A stretch of 64,000 nucleotides of DNA, taken from positions 7,460 to 71,459 of IMG/VR virus record IMGVR_UViG_3300036793_000065, one strand, 5' to 3'. This DNA comes from a virus (taxonomy: Duplodnaviria; Caudoviricetes). A program made the translations under genes and the position numbers. The notes below the pieces were generated by a model. It made no database searches. It had not been told where the DNA came from and was given only the letters and a program-made list of their open reading frames with translations. Of this stretch, positions 26,488-36,423 are shown in pieces; the stretch's first letter is position 1; each line of letters opens with the position of its first letter.

Positions 26488-28275
26488 ATGCGCTTTGTTC
26501 TGGCGGTTCTTGCAGGTCTCGTGGCCACGATGGCTGCGACAGTGACAGCCTCCGGTCAGGCGCAAACTGTTCGTCTGTGCGTCATGACCGGGACGATATG
26601 CGCTCCCATCACCGCGTCCAATCCTCTGCCCATTAGCGGAGGGGGCGGCGGCGGCGGAGGCGCGGTGTTCGGCCCAACTGCGGCCGGATCGCCTGCGGCC
26701 AATCCCCCGGTTCTCATGGGCGGCACTGTAGACGGCACCGCGGCGGGGAACGTCGGCGTGCTGAAGGTGTCGGGCGGCCTTGCCTTCATCAATTGCGCGA
26801 ACTGCTCGGGGTCAGGGGCGAGCGCTGCCGACGCCGCCGCATTCGTGGCTGGAACATCGTTGTTTGCTCCAAGTGGTGGCTTCTTCCAAACCACGGCTAC
26901 CACCAGTCCGCTGACAACGGGTCAGCAGGGTCTGGTGCAGATGACGGCGCAGCGCGCGTTCTTCGTGAATCTGCGCAATGCATCAGGTGCTGAGCTTGGC
27001 GTTGCCGCGGCGCCGGTCCAGGTCTCGTTGGCGAACACCGCAGCCAATGCGACGGCTCTGAAGGTCGACGGTAGCGCAGTGACGCAGCCGACATCTCTCG
27101 CGACCCTTCCCGCGCTGGTGGCCGGCTCGGCCATCATTGGCAAAGTAGGAATCGATCAAACGACGCCCGGCACCACCAATCTGGTATCGATTGGCACCAC
27201 CGGGACCGTCAATCCAACAACGGCATCGACTTGGGGTATCCTGCCTCTAAACTCGGCAACGTCTGGTCAGCTCGCTCGACTGGTCATGGGTGCGGTGACG
27301 AATGCTGCCCCCACTTATGTAGCAGCTCAATCCAGTCCGCTGTCCATCGATACGGGCGGAGGCCTGCGGGTGTCGCCCGCGGCTCCAGCCTTGTGGGGGA
27401 TCGGCACATCGACGCAGAACAGCGCCTCGATCGCCAATGGCGCGCTGATACTGGGCCAGTTTAACACGACGCCGACCACCATCACATCGGGCAATATGAG
27501 CCCGCTCCAGATGGACAATGCCGGCAATCTTCTGGTCAACATCAAGGCCGGAGCATCCTCCGGCGCTGTTGCTCAGGGCTCTACGACATCAGGCCAGACT
27601 GGTGGTCTCACGCAAGCCGCGGTGACCACGGGCGCCCCGACCTACACCACCGCAACCACCAACCCGCTTTCGATGGACACCTCTGGGTCCCTGCGCGTCA
27701 ACGTGACGTCGGCAACTGGCCTAGCGCAGGGGTCGACCACGTCAGGGCAGAGCGGCTCAATGGTTATGGGCGCGGTCACGACCGCCGCGCCCACCTACAC
27801 CACCGCGCAGACGTCGCCGTTGTCGATCGACGTAGGTGGAGCGCTTCGCACGCGCGATGCGGCGTCATCCGCCACCGGCGCTGCCCCGTCGGCCTCGGCG
27901 ATTTATGCTGGTGTCAATTCATCCGGAACGCTGCGCGGGCAAATCCAATGCGATAGCACGGCTGTCTATGATGCCTCGACGTCGGGGTCGACACAGCTCG
28001 TGGCGCTCACCTCGGGCCAGACCATCTATGTCTGCGGCTATGCGATCACCACCGGAGGCACCGCGACCAACGTCAAGTTGGTGTACGGCACCGGCACCAA
28101 CTGCGCGACGTCGCCCTCGAACATGACGGCGGCCTACCAGCTCTCCGCCAATAGCGGCATCGTTGACAGGGGCGATTTCTACACCGGCCTGAAGACCGCT
28201 GCGGCGAACGCGCTTTGCGTCAATGCATCGGCGGCGAACGCCGTGCAGGCCACCGTCTATTACACCAAGTTCTGA
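26488..28275 (+). CDS. repeat-rich fibre/appendage-like protein with signal peptide
   Basis: MRFVLAVLAGLVATMAATVTASG|QAQ; ~40 aa internal repeats; C-terminal beta domain. Confidence 0.75.
   Translation: MRFVLAVLAGLVATMAATVTASGQAQTVRLCVMTGTICAPITASNPLPISGGGGGGGGAVFGPTAAGSPAANPPVLMGGTVDGTAAGNVGVLKVSGGLAFINCANCSGSGASAADAAAFVAGTSLFAPSGGFFQTTATTSPLTTGQQGLVQMTAQRAFFVNLRNASGAELGVAAAPVQVSLANTAANATALKVDGSAVTQPTSLATLPALVAGSAIIGKVGIDQTTPGTTNLVSIGTTGTVNPTTASTWGILPLNSATSGQLARLVMGAVTNAAPTYVAAQSSPLSIDTGGGLRVSPAAPALWGIGTSTQNSASIANGALILGQFNTTPTTITSGNMSPLQMDNAGNLLVNIKAGASSGAVAQGSTTSGQTGGLTQAAVTTGAPTYTTATTNPLSMDTSGSLRVNVTSATGLAQGSTTSGQSGSMVMGAVTTAAPTYTTAQTSPLSIDVGGALRTRDAASSATGAAPSASAIYAGVNSSGTLRGQIQCDSTAVYDASTSGSTQLVALTSGQTIYVCGYAITTGGTATNVKLVYGTGTNCATSPSNMTAAYQLSANSGIVDRGDFYTGLKTAAANALCVNASAANAVQATVYYTKF
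27250..27852 (+). repeat. four ~40 aa protein repeats ending PLxxDxxGxLxV
   Basis: SPLSIDTGGGLRV, SPLQMDNAGNLLV, NPLSMDTSGSLRV, SPLSIDVGGALRT. Confidence 0.7.
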
Positions 28276-28283
28276 GGCTATAG

Positions 28284-29030
28284 ATGCTCGGTCGCTTTCT
28301 CGGTCTGGGTCTGATAGCGGCGGCGCTGATCTCGCCGCTTTCGGCCGCGACCAGGATGCAAATGACCGGCGCCGGCTCCGTCACCGGCGGCGGTCCGCCT
28401 CCGGGAACGCCAACCTGGGTACAGGGTAATGTGACCCTCGGAGGTGCGACATCGCGGACGTCGTTTTCCACGACACTCCCGGGCGCGGCCGGCGCTGGGG
28501 ACCTTGTCGTCGCTTCATGTGGCTCCGCTTCCGGCGCGGCCACCTTCACGTTCAGCGACGACAAGGGCAACGCCTACACCACGGTTGATTCGCAGACCAC
28601 GACGGGATTCTGGTACACCACCGGATATGCGCTGAACGTCGCCGGAGGCCCGACGGTCATTACCTGCACGTCAACGGCCGCTGGAACTTTCTGGGCCGTG
28701 GTCGCCGATGATTATTCCGGGGTGGCGCCCACGAGCGCGCTCGATCAGCACGTCATGGTGACCGTGAACGGAACCATCGGCACCAACGCCATTACGACCG
28801 GGAACGTCACAACCACCGCTGCCGGCGAGCTGATCTACGGCACGACGGTGAATGCCAGCGGCAATGGCACCATCGTCGCCGGCACCGGTTTCACCCAGCG
28901 CCAATCGTCTCCTTCGGCCTATATGACGGAAGATCAGGTTCAGTCATCCGCGGGCGCGATCGCCGCGACCTTCACGAGCAGCGCTCTGGACGACTGGATC
29001 GTGGCCATCTTGACATTCAAGCATCAGTGA
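28284..29030 (+). CDS. secreted beta-sandwich protein
   Basis: signal MLGRFLGLGLIAAALISPLSA|; Thr/Gly-rich extracellular-type domain. Confidence 0.7.
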   Translation: MLGRFLGLGLIAAALISPLSAATRMQMTGAGSVTGGGPPPGTPTWVQGNVTLGGATSRTSFSTTLPGAAGAGDLVVASCGSASGAATFTFSDDKGNAYTTVDSQTTTGFWYTTGYALNVAGGPTVITCTSTAAGTFWAVVADDYSGVAPTSALDQHVMVTVNGTIGTNAITTGNVTTTAAGELIYGTTVNASGNGTIVAGTGFTQRQSSPSAYMTEDQVQSSAGAIAATFTSSALDDWIVAILTFKHQ

Positions 29031-29032
29031 CG

Positions 29033-30832
29033 ATGAAAATTTCTCGCAGGCTGGCTCTCATTGGTCTCGCCTCGACGGCGATCACTCCAATCAATGCGCA
29101 GATCGTTCAGTTCTCCGGGGCCCCGCCTAGCGGTGGCGGAGGAGGTGCCCCGGTCGTTACATCGGCCACAATGACCACCTCGTCACCGGCGGTTTCTGGG
29201 GCGACGATCGGCACCGCTGTTGCGACCAACTCGCCGACCGGGTGGTCGATCATAGCCGGTGACCCGAACGGCAATTTCGCGATCAGCAATGCTGGTGTCA
29301 TCACCTACGCATCGCATGCGCCGACCGATTTTGATGGGGCCTTCCCGTTTCAGACGGCGGGTCTCACTGTGCAGGCCAGCAATGGGGCCGGATCGGGCTC
29401 GGCGACGATTACGATCAACATCTGGGCGGATGGAGCATTGAGCGCGCCAGTCATTGCGGCGGGCGCGCAATTCCCTACCGTCTTGAACGGCTATGGCGGG
29501 TTCAGTGCGCGGCGCTTCGATCAGCCGACATGGCAGCCGCCGTGGAAGGTGGCGGGCGTCGATTATCCGGTCGGCATCAACGATGCGGCCAAGCCGCTGA
29601 AGAACGTCCTGACACAGACGCTGCCGTCCGGGGTCTCCAGGTCGGGCAACTCGGTGACCATCACCGGCAACAATGTCACGATGGATGGCTGGGATTTCTC
29701 CGTAAGCGGCGGCGTGTCGCTCGTGGTCAATGGCAGCAACGCGATCATCCAGAACTGCCTCTGGGTGGCCGGCGCCGGCCTGGGATCGGACCTCGCCGTT
29801 CTGTTCAACGGTCCCGGAGGTCTGCTTCAGTATTGCGAGTTTGACGGCAACAGCGCGACCACCTCCAGCCAATGCGTCGCCCTGGAGAACACTACCGGTA
29901 CCTGCACCGTCCAGTACAACTACATCCACAACTGGAACGATGATGCGCTGCGCCTGCAGAATGACGTCACAGGCACGACGCCAGCGAATGTGCAGTGGTA
30001 CATCCGCTGGAATGCCTGCTTTTCCGGCGGCTATTCCGGCGTCCACTTCGACTTCCTGCAGACGGTTACGGCCTCCTATAACCTGATCGACTACGGGTTC
30101 AATTTCGTCGAGCAGCCCGCGGCTGTTGGTGGTGTCCCGACCGAGGCGACGTTCTTCCGCAATTCAGACTTCGGCGTCGGCGGGGTCGGCACCTATGTGG
30201 GCCAGAACAGCAACGTCCATCATTCGGTCTGCATCGGGCTCGGGACCGGTGCCTCGATGGCGTTCTCCCAGAGCCTCGTCTTCGCCGGCACCGGCGGCAC
30301 GGCGAGCAGCAGCAACGACAACTCCACCGCGCATGATCTCTATTTCGATTTCCACGGCAACCAGGGGCCCTCCTTCGACGGTCAAATCTTCTCATCGGCA
30401 GGACAGGCGACCAACGTCACCCAGTACGGCATCTGGGACATGACCCGGCTGAGTGCCACCAACGGCAACGCCGGATACGTGACGAATCAGCAGGTTTCTT
30501 CCAGCTTGGGCTTCGCGCAACCTCCGCGGCCCGCGGTCCCGACTTCGGTGACCGCAGTCAAGAGCGGCAGCAATGTCGCAGTAACGGGCACGGCGCCAGC
30601 CTCGAACGGCATTGCCGGAGGGTATTACGTCAACGTCTATGCCGTCGATCTGCCGTGGCCGGCGTGTCTGCTCAATCCAGGCCCGACCATGAACAGTGTG
30701 GCGGCCAGCGCCGGATTCTCATTCACGACCACCAAGGCACTTCCCGCCGGAACGCACAGCATTCAGGTATTTGTGGTAGATCAGAACTGGAATGCATCGC
30801 CGATGTCAGCGATCATCCAGGTGACGATCTAG
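29033..30832 (+). CDS. Tat-signal protein: cadherin-like, beta-helix and FN3-like domains
   Basis: MKISRRLALIGLASTAITPINA|Q; GNFAISNAGVITY; TVQYNYIHNWNDDA beta-helix rungs; PAVPTSVTAV C-terminus. Confidence 0.7.
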   Translation: MKISRRLALIGLASTAITPINAQIVQFSGAPPSGGGGGAPVVTSATMTTSSPAVSGATIGTAVATNSPTGWSIIAGDPNGNFAISNAGVITYASHAPTDFDGAFPFQTAGLTVQASNGAGSGSATITINIWADGALSAPVIAAGAQFPTVLNGYGGFSARRFDQPTWQPPWKVAGVDYPVGINDAAKPLKNVLTQTLPSGVSRSGNSVTITGNNVTMDGWDFSVSGGVSLVVNGSNAIIQNCLWVAGAGLGSDLAVLFNGPGGLLQYCEFDGNSATTSSQCVALENTTGTCTVQYNYIHNWNDDALRLQNDVTGTTPANVQWYIRWNACFSGGYSGVHFDFLQTVTASYNLIDYGFNFVEQPAAVGGVPTEATFFRNSDFGVGGVGTYVGQNSNVHHSVCIGLGTGASMAFSQSLVFAGTGGTASSSNDNSTAHDLYFDFHGNQGPSFDGQIFSSAGQATNVTQYGIWDMTRLSATNGNAGYVTNQQVSSSLGFAQPPRPAVPTSVTAVKSGSNVAVTGTAPASNGIAGGYYVNVYAVDLPWPACLLNPGPTMNSVAASAGFSFTTTKALPAGTHSIQVFVVDQNWNASPMSAIIQVTI

Positions 30833-30841
30833 GAGGATCGG

Positions 30842-31543
30842 ATGGCTAGCAGCGGCACGTATAATTTCAGTGTCTCGAATGGAGAAGTGGTTCTCGCGGC
30901 CTATGAGCGCATCAAGATTTTTGCGCCATCGATCCGCGTCGAGCACATGATGACCGCGCGGCGCGAACTCAACTTTCTGTTGGCCGAGGCAGCCAACAAG
31001 CAGGTTAACCTGTGGAAGGTGGACAAGGTCTCGACGCCGCTGGTCAACGCTCAATCCACCTACCCCGTCGACGCCAAGGCGGTGATGATTCTGGACGCCT
31101 GGATCACCACCGGACAGAATACACCGGCGTCGGCGAACGACATCTACATCACGCCAATTTCGCGCACCGAGTACGCTTCCTTTTCGAACAAGGACACGCC
31201 GGGACGGCCGACCTGCTACTGGTTTGATCGCCTGATCTCGCCGACGATCACGGTGTGGCCGGTGCCGGATCAGAGCAACAATTACACGCTGAATTATTAC
31301 CGCTGCATCCAGATGCAGGACGCCAACCTCGCTGGTGGCGAGACACCCGATCTGCCGTACCTGTGGCTGGATTGGTTCGTGGCCGGGATGGCGCATCGCC
31401 TGTCGCGGCCTTACGCCGATGCGGCAACGGAGGTGGTGCGCAAGGCGGATGCGGCCGAGGCTTGGACGATCGCGGCGACACAGAACACCGAGAATGTCCC
31501 CACCACGATCGCGCCGGGAATCAGCTCCTACTATCGCCGCTAG
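30842..31543 (+). CDS. head-to-tail adaptor (P22 gp4-like)
   Basis: AGGAGG SD; MASSGTYNF...AYERI...ARRELNFLLAE..N...NLW...GRPTCYWFDR. Confidence 0.7.
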   Translation: MASSGTYNFSVSNGEVVLAAYERIKIFAPSIRVEHMMTARRELNFLLAEAANKQVNLWKVDKVSTPLVNAQSTYPVDAKAVMILDAWITTGQNTPASANDIYITPISRTEYASFSNKDTPGRPTCYWFDRLISPTITVWPVPDQSNNYTLNYYRCIQMQDANLAGGETPDLPYLWLDWFVAGMAHRLSRPYADAATEVVRKADAAEAWTIAATQNTENVPTTIAPGISSYYRR

Positions 31544-31566
31544 ATGCTCGATGGTATGAGGGGACT

Positions 31567-31929
31567 ATGGCCTGGAGACCGCATCCCAAAGCAGCACGAA
31601 CCAACCCGCGAAGCCCGCGCGGTTGGGCGACCTGTCAGCGTTGCGGCTTCCAGTACAATCTGGTCGACCTCGAAGATCAGATGCAATGGGCCGGGCTCCG
31701 GCTGATCTCGCTCAACCTCCAAGTCTGTGACACCTGCCTCGACATCCCGCAGCGCCAGCTGGGCTCGATTGTGCTGTCGCCGGACCCGGAACCGTTGATG
31801 CGAGCCCTGCCGGAGCCCTACGCCATTGACGAATACTGGCCGCGTCTCGTCGAGGGCGGCCAGCCGCGCGTGCTGCAGGGTGGCCGGCCACGCTATCTGC
31901 AAGTCCTGAAATATTACGACACGCAGTGA
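31567..31929 (+). CDS. small Zn-binding protein of the neck module
   Basis: CQRCGF...VCDTCLDIPQ...DPEP; GAGGG SD. Confidence 0.65.
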   Translation: MAWRPHPKAARTNPRSPRGWATCQRCGFQYNLVDLEDQMQWAGLRLISLNLQVCDTCLDIPQRQLGSIVLSPDPEPLMRALPEPYAIDEYWPRLVEGGQPRVLQGGRPRYLQVLKYYDTQ

Positions 31930-31936
31930 GGGCATC

Positions 31937-32461
31937 GTGAGCGTCAACCCAGTCTTTCCGGTGGTGTTCAACGGCGGTCAGATGACCGACCTGCCGGCGT
32001 TCACCGGCACGCTCGATGGCACCGAGATCATGGAGATCGTGGCAGCTGGCGCCGGCCAACCCGTTGCCACCAATGGTGTCAATTATCAGATGACCACGAC
32101 GCAGTTGGCGGTTCTTCTGGTCGCGCTTTCCATCAAATCCGTGATCATCGTCGATGGGGAGCACACCGACCCCGGTGATCCCTACATTCCTCAGCAGCTC
32201 GATGGGCGCATCTACATCAACAAATCGATCGCCGAGCCGACCTACATCCAGTTTCAGGCAGCTGTGGCGTATTCGGTCGAGCCGCTGGTGCAGGATGTCG
32301 CCGGGACGGCTGATGGAGTGACCGGCATCATCACCTGCACGTTCTCGAACGGCGAGGTTGCGAACGGAAGTGTCGCCACCGTGCCAATTCAAACCCCGTT
32401 CGGGGGCTACATCTTCCGGCCGATCGCGGCCATTCATTCCTGGATTTTGGGGACCGCCTGA
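31937..32461 (+). CDS. tail-associated protein
   Basis: TDLPAFTGTLDGTEIMEIV fibre-type N-terminus; GAGGG SD. Confidence 0.6.
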   Translation: MSVNPVFPVVFNGGQMTDLPAFTGTLDGTEIMEIVAAGAGQPVATNGVNYQMTTTQLAVLLVALSIKSVIIVDGEHTDPGDPYIPQQLDGRIYINKSIAEPTYIQFQAAVAYSVEPLVQDVAGTADGVTGIITCTFSNGEVANGSVATVPIQTPFGGYIFRPIAAIHSWILGTA

Positions 32462-34398
32462 TGAAGTCGATTCGCGCGCTCTCATTCCTGGTCGGGCTGG
32501 GGCTGTCCATTCTTTTGCCGTCCGCAGCGCTCGCGCAGTGTGGTACCACGGCGCCCGGCAACCGGGTCTGTGGCAATGCGACGGCCTCGTCGGGCCTTGC
32601 TACCTGGATTACGATCCCGACGGGAGCGTTGACGCCGATCGGTGGCGGCACAGTGCTGGGCAACCCCACCACAGCTACGGCGGTACCGATCGCAACGAAT
32701 GCGCCGGTCCTCGGCATTTCCGGCACCTCGACGGGGCAGATTGGATTTGCCGGCATCACCTCTGGATTGGTCCGCCTGAGCGCTCAGGCGACCGCTGGGA
32801 GCGCCACGCTGTTGCTCCCTACTTCGTCCGGCACCTTGGTCGGGACCGCATCAGCGCCTCTCGCAATCAACGCTACCACTGGTCAGGTCTCGATCACAGG
32901 GCTGGCTGGTGGGGTTCTGGCGGGCGCTGGGCCGGCTTTCACCACCAGCCCGGTGCTTGGCGTCGCCGGATCGGTGGGCGGCTCCTTGAGCTTCTCAGGC
33001 TCGACCAGTGGCGCCGTGAGCATCTTCGCCCAGGCGGCGGCTGGTACCGGGTCCCTGACACTGCCGACGATATCTGGAACCGGGACCTTTGCGGTTAATG
33101 CGTCGGCGCCGATCGTCCTAAACGGCGTCACCGGCAACTTGACCTGTCCGACCTGCGTTACCTCGTCGGGTGGTGGAGCGGTCACTGGTGTCGCGCCGAT
33201 CTCGGTGAGTGGTGCCGGCGCTGTCTCGATCGATGCCCCCTATACGACTCTCATCGCCTCCAACGGCGGCATTGTTTATTCGGGAGCCGCTAACCTCGCG
33301 ATCCTGTCCGGCACCGCGACTGCGAATCAGATGCTGCGATCCGGCGCGTCTGCCGCGCCAGCGTGGTCCACTTCGACGTGGCCGGTCACGACCACGATCA
33401 ATCAGTTGCTCTATTCGTCGTCGGCAAATGCCGTTTCCGGTCTTGCGACAGTCAACGGCGGCATTCTCAACACCTCGGCGACTGGGGTCCCGTCGATCAG
33501 TGCGACCCCGCTCCTTGGTGTCGCGGGCACAACGATGGGCACGATCCGCCTGTCGGGCTCGACCTCGGGGATTGTGACGATCACTCCCCAGGCCGCGGCC
33601 GGTACGGTAACCCTTACGCTTCCCGCTATTACGGGCACGCTCGTTACCGATACCGGCGCGCAAACCTTGGCCAGCAAGACCATCAATGGCGCCAGCAATA
33701 CGCTGACGGTGCGGCTTGCCAGTGACGTCACCGGAAACCTGCCGGTCACCAACCTCAATAGCGGCACCGCTGCGAGCAGCTCGACATTCTGGCGCGGAGA
33801 TGGGACGTGGTCCACGCCAGCCGGCGGCGGCAACGTCACCGGCCCGGGATCATCCACCAGTACGGCTGCCGCCCGCTATAACGGCACGAGTGGCACGAGC
33901 ATTCAGGACAGCGCGCTGCTGATCGCAACCACGACTGGGGCGCTTTCTCGCTCTGGCGGAGGCGGCATTCCAATCCAGGGCACTAATACCAACAGCGGCG
34001 CGGCCGCCGGGGATGTTGGAGAGTTCGTTTCCAATAATGGCAGCGCCATCGCGCTGTCATCGGGGACCGCAGTCAACATAACGCAGATATCGTTGACGGC
34101 AGGTGAGTGGGACATCAATGGCGCCGTCATCTATGACGCGACTGGCGGCGCCCTATTCACCATTCGGGACCACTCTATCTCGCTCACCAGCGCCACGCAA
34201 ACCTCCGCTGCCGGACAATATTTCCTGGAAAGGCTACAGACCCCGAATAATTCGACCTCCACACTAGGAGGTGAGGAGGTGGGCCCGCTTCGGGTGCAGT
34301 TATCGACAACAACGACGTATTTTTTGGTCGCGCGGGGCTTTTTTACCGGTGGAACGGCAACGGCCACCGGCATCATTCGAGCAACACGAGTGCGTTGA
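32461..34398 (+). CDS. fibre-like protein with Sec signal peptide and three internal repeats
   Basis: MKSIRALSFLVGLGLSILLPSAALA|Q; PxLGxxGxxxGxxxxxGxTSGxV x3; ASSSTFWRGDGTW; GAAAGDVGEFVS C-terminal fibre motif. Confidence 0.75.
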   Translation: MKSIRALSFLVGLGLSILLPSAALAQCGTTAPGNRVCGNATASSGLATWITIPTGALTPIGGGTVLGNPTTATAVPIATNAPVLGISGTSTGQIGFAGITSGLVRLSAQATAGSATLLLPTSSGTLVGTASAPLAINATTGQVSITGLAGGVLAGAGPAFTTSPVLGVAGSVGGSLSFSGSTSGAVSIFAQAAAGTGSLTLPTISGTGTFAVNASAPIVLNGVTGNLTCPTCVTSSGGGAVTGVAPISVSGAGAVSIDAPYTTLIASNGGIVYSGAANLAILSGTATANQMLRSGASAAPAWSTSTWPVTTTINQLLYSSSANAVSGLATVNGGILNTSATGVPSISATPLLGVAGTTMGTIRLSGSTSGIVTITPQAAAGTVTLTLPAITGTLVTDTGAQTLASKTINGASNTLTVRLASDVTGNLPVTNLNSGTAASSSTFWRGDGTWSTPAGGGNVTGPGSSTSTAAARYNGTSGTSIQDSALLIATTTGALSRSGGGGIPIQGTNTNSGAAAGDVGEFVSNNGSAIALSSGTAVNITQISLTAGEWDINGAVIYDATGGALFTIRDHSISLTSATQTSAAGQYFLERLQTPNNSTSTLGGEEVGPLRVQLSTTTTYFLVARGFFTGGTATATGIIRATRVR

Positions 34399-34399
34399 G

Positions 34400-35689
34400 A
34401 TGAACGAAAAAATGTCGCCATCTGAATTGTTGACGCGCCGCACCCTGATCGCCGCGGTCGTTGCCTCGCCACTTCTTATCCAGGAAGCCTCGGCGCAGAC
34501 TCCACCAACTTATTCGACCCAGCCGGTTATCGTCGGCGATACGCCTGCTGGCGGCCCATCGGGCGCCAATATCCGCATTGGGTACATGAATGGACCCGTC
34601 ACCTATACCGTATCCCCGGTCACTGGAGTTGCCGCTTACGGCGCGACGGCGCTGGGCGCCCAATCGATGGGTGGGGACGCTGGATTTACTTGGAATGGTG
34701 CCTACTCGGTTGCCGTTGGATATTTGGCTGCTGGCGGATCATCGGGAGCCTATTGCCTCACTGCCGTCGGGCTGCGGGCCGCTTATGCAAATACAGCCAA
34801 CTATGTCACGGCACTGGGATGTGACACGCTATTGCATCATCAGACCGGCAGTAGTTTCGTTGCCGTTGGCGCGAAGGCTGGCCTGTATGACGTGACGGGG
34901 ACGGTATCCGTCATGATTGGCACCACCGCTGGATACAATGCGGTGTGCAGCATCGGTAATACCTTCGTGGGTGACAGCGCCGGCTATTCCGGCGTCTTCG
35001 ATGCCACCCATTCCGGAAACACCTTCATTGGAAACCGGGCCGGGTACGGCCTGCCGATCGGGTCTCAAAACACCTTCGTCGGACAAGACGCCGGGAACGT
35101 TGGTGGAGAGGTTGATTACTGCACTTTTGTCGGCCTTTCTGCTGGGGCGATGACGCCGGCCGGCGTCTCTCTTTCGACGGCGATCGGATTTAATGCCCAG
35201 GTCACCGGTTCGGGCCAGCTCCAGCTTGGCGATTCCAATCAGGCGCCGTACGCATTCTCGGCCCTGCAGGTACGGTCCGATGTACGCGACAAGGCCGATG
35301 TGCGCGATACCAGTTTCGGCCTCGATTTCATCTTGTCGCTACGTCCGCGCGAGTACCGCTTGGACCTGCGTGACGACTATGCGGAATCTGCCGTTCCATT
35401 GTCGACCGATCCGGAGTGGGAGAATCGGCGTCGATCCTGGTGGTCACGGCCGATCAAGGATGGGTCCAAGAAGCGCGCTCGGTTTCATCAGGGCTTGATC
35501 TATCAGGAGGTCGCACAGGTCGCACCTGAGTGGGCTGGGCTCAATGATCAGGCACTCGCCGGTGGGCTCGACGTCAAGTCGATCGGTTATGGCGAACTTT
35601 ACGCGCCGCTGATCAAGGCGATCCAGGAACTCCATGCGATCGCAACAGCGCAGGCCGCCGAGATCGCTGATCTGAAGAAGCGGAGTTAG
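34400..35689 (+). CDS. tail fibre with Tat-type signal and C-terminal S74 intramolecular chaperone
   Basis: LLTRRTLIAAVVASPLLIQEASA|Q; NTFVGxxAG repeats; SDVRDK..V....GLDFILSLRP..Y, HQGLIYQEV, YGELYAPLIKAIQEL. Confidence 0.85.
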   Translation: MNEKMSPSELLTRRTLIAAVVASPLLIQEASAQTPPTYSTQPVIVGDTPAGGPSGANIRIGYMNGPVTYTVSPVTGVAAYGATALGAQSMGGDAGFTWNGAYSVAVGYLAAGGSSGAYCLTAVGLRAAYANTANYVTALGCDTLLHHQTGSSFVAVGAKAGLYDVTGTVSVMIGTTAGYNAVCSIGNTFVGDSAGYSGVFDATHSGNTFIGNRAGYGLPIGSQNTFVGQDAGNVGGEVDYCTFVGLSAGAMTPAGVSLSTAIGFNAQVTGSGQLQLGDSNQAPYAFSALQVRSDVRDKADVRDTSFGLDFILSLRPREYRLDLRDDYAESAVPLSTDPEWENRRRSWWSRPIKDGSKKRARFHQGLIYQEVAQVAPEWAGLNDQALAGGLDVKSIGYGELYAPLIKAIQELHAIATAQAAEIADLKKRS

Positions 35690-35693
35690 GGGA

Positions 35694-36413
35694 ATGGCCG
35701 GTCTCACCTACAACACCTTCGTGCTGTCGTTGGCGAATATGATTACGGTGCCATCGAGTGATCCAGGCTATGTGCAGGCTCTGCCGAACATTATCGATGA
35801 CGCTGAGCAGCGGCTCTATCGCGAGCTTGATTTGCTCTCGACGGTGACCCGGCAGACAGGCACCCTCACTCCATTGCAGCGCACGTTCACGCTGCCGACC
35901 ATCTCGGGGAATCCATTCGTCGTTGTCGAGCAGATGAATATCATTGTGCCAGCGGGAACGGTCGACCCCGAAGTGGGAACGCGCGTCTCGATGCTCCCGG
36001 TGTCGAAAGAATATCTCGACATGACGTGGACAAGTTCGGCCAGCGCTGGGGTACCAAACTACATGGCTCCGATCAGCCAGCAGGACTGGATCATAGGGCC
36101 GTGGCCCGATGCGGATTACACCGTTGAAGTTGTCGGGACGATCCGGCCATTGCCACTGTCGGCGGCCAATCAGACCACGTTCCTTAGCCAGTATTTGCCG
36201 GATGTTTTCCTCGCTGCAGCACTGGTGTTCTCGGCTGGCTATCAGCAGAACTTCTCGTCGATGGGCGACAACCCCGCGCAGGCCATGACGTGGGAAGGCC
36301 ATGTCAAAACCCTGATCGACTCTGCTAGGATGGAGGAGATCAGGAAGAAGTTCGGCTCACAGGGCTGGTCATCGAAGTCGCCAGACCCGATCGCAACGCC
36401 GCCGCGTACTTAA
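35694..36413 (+). CDS. tail adaptor/tubular protein
   Basis: GGGG SD; LPNIIDDAEQRLYRELD, GVPNYM, IGPWPDADYTVEV, YLPDVFLAAAL. Confidence 0.7.
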   Translation: MAGLTYNTFVLSLANMITVPSSDPGYVQALPNIIDDAEQRLYRELDLLSTVTRQTGTLTPLQRTFTLPTISGNPFVVVEQMNIIVPAGTVDPEVGTRVSMLPVSKEYLDMTWTSSASAGVPNYMAPISQQDWIIGPWPDADYTVEVVGTIRPLPLSAANQTTFLSQYLPDVFLAAALVFSAGYQQNFSSMGDNPAQAMTWEGHVKTLIDSARMEEIRKKFGSQGWSSKSPDPIATPPRT

Positions 36414-36423
36414 GGGGTAGATC

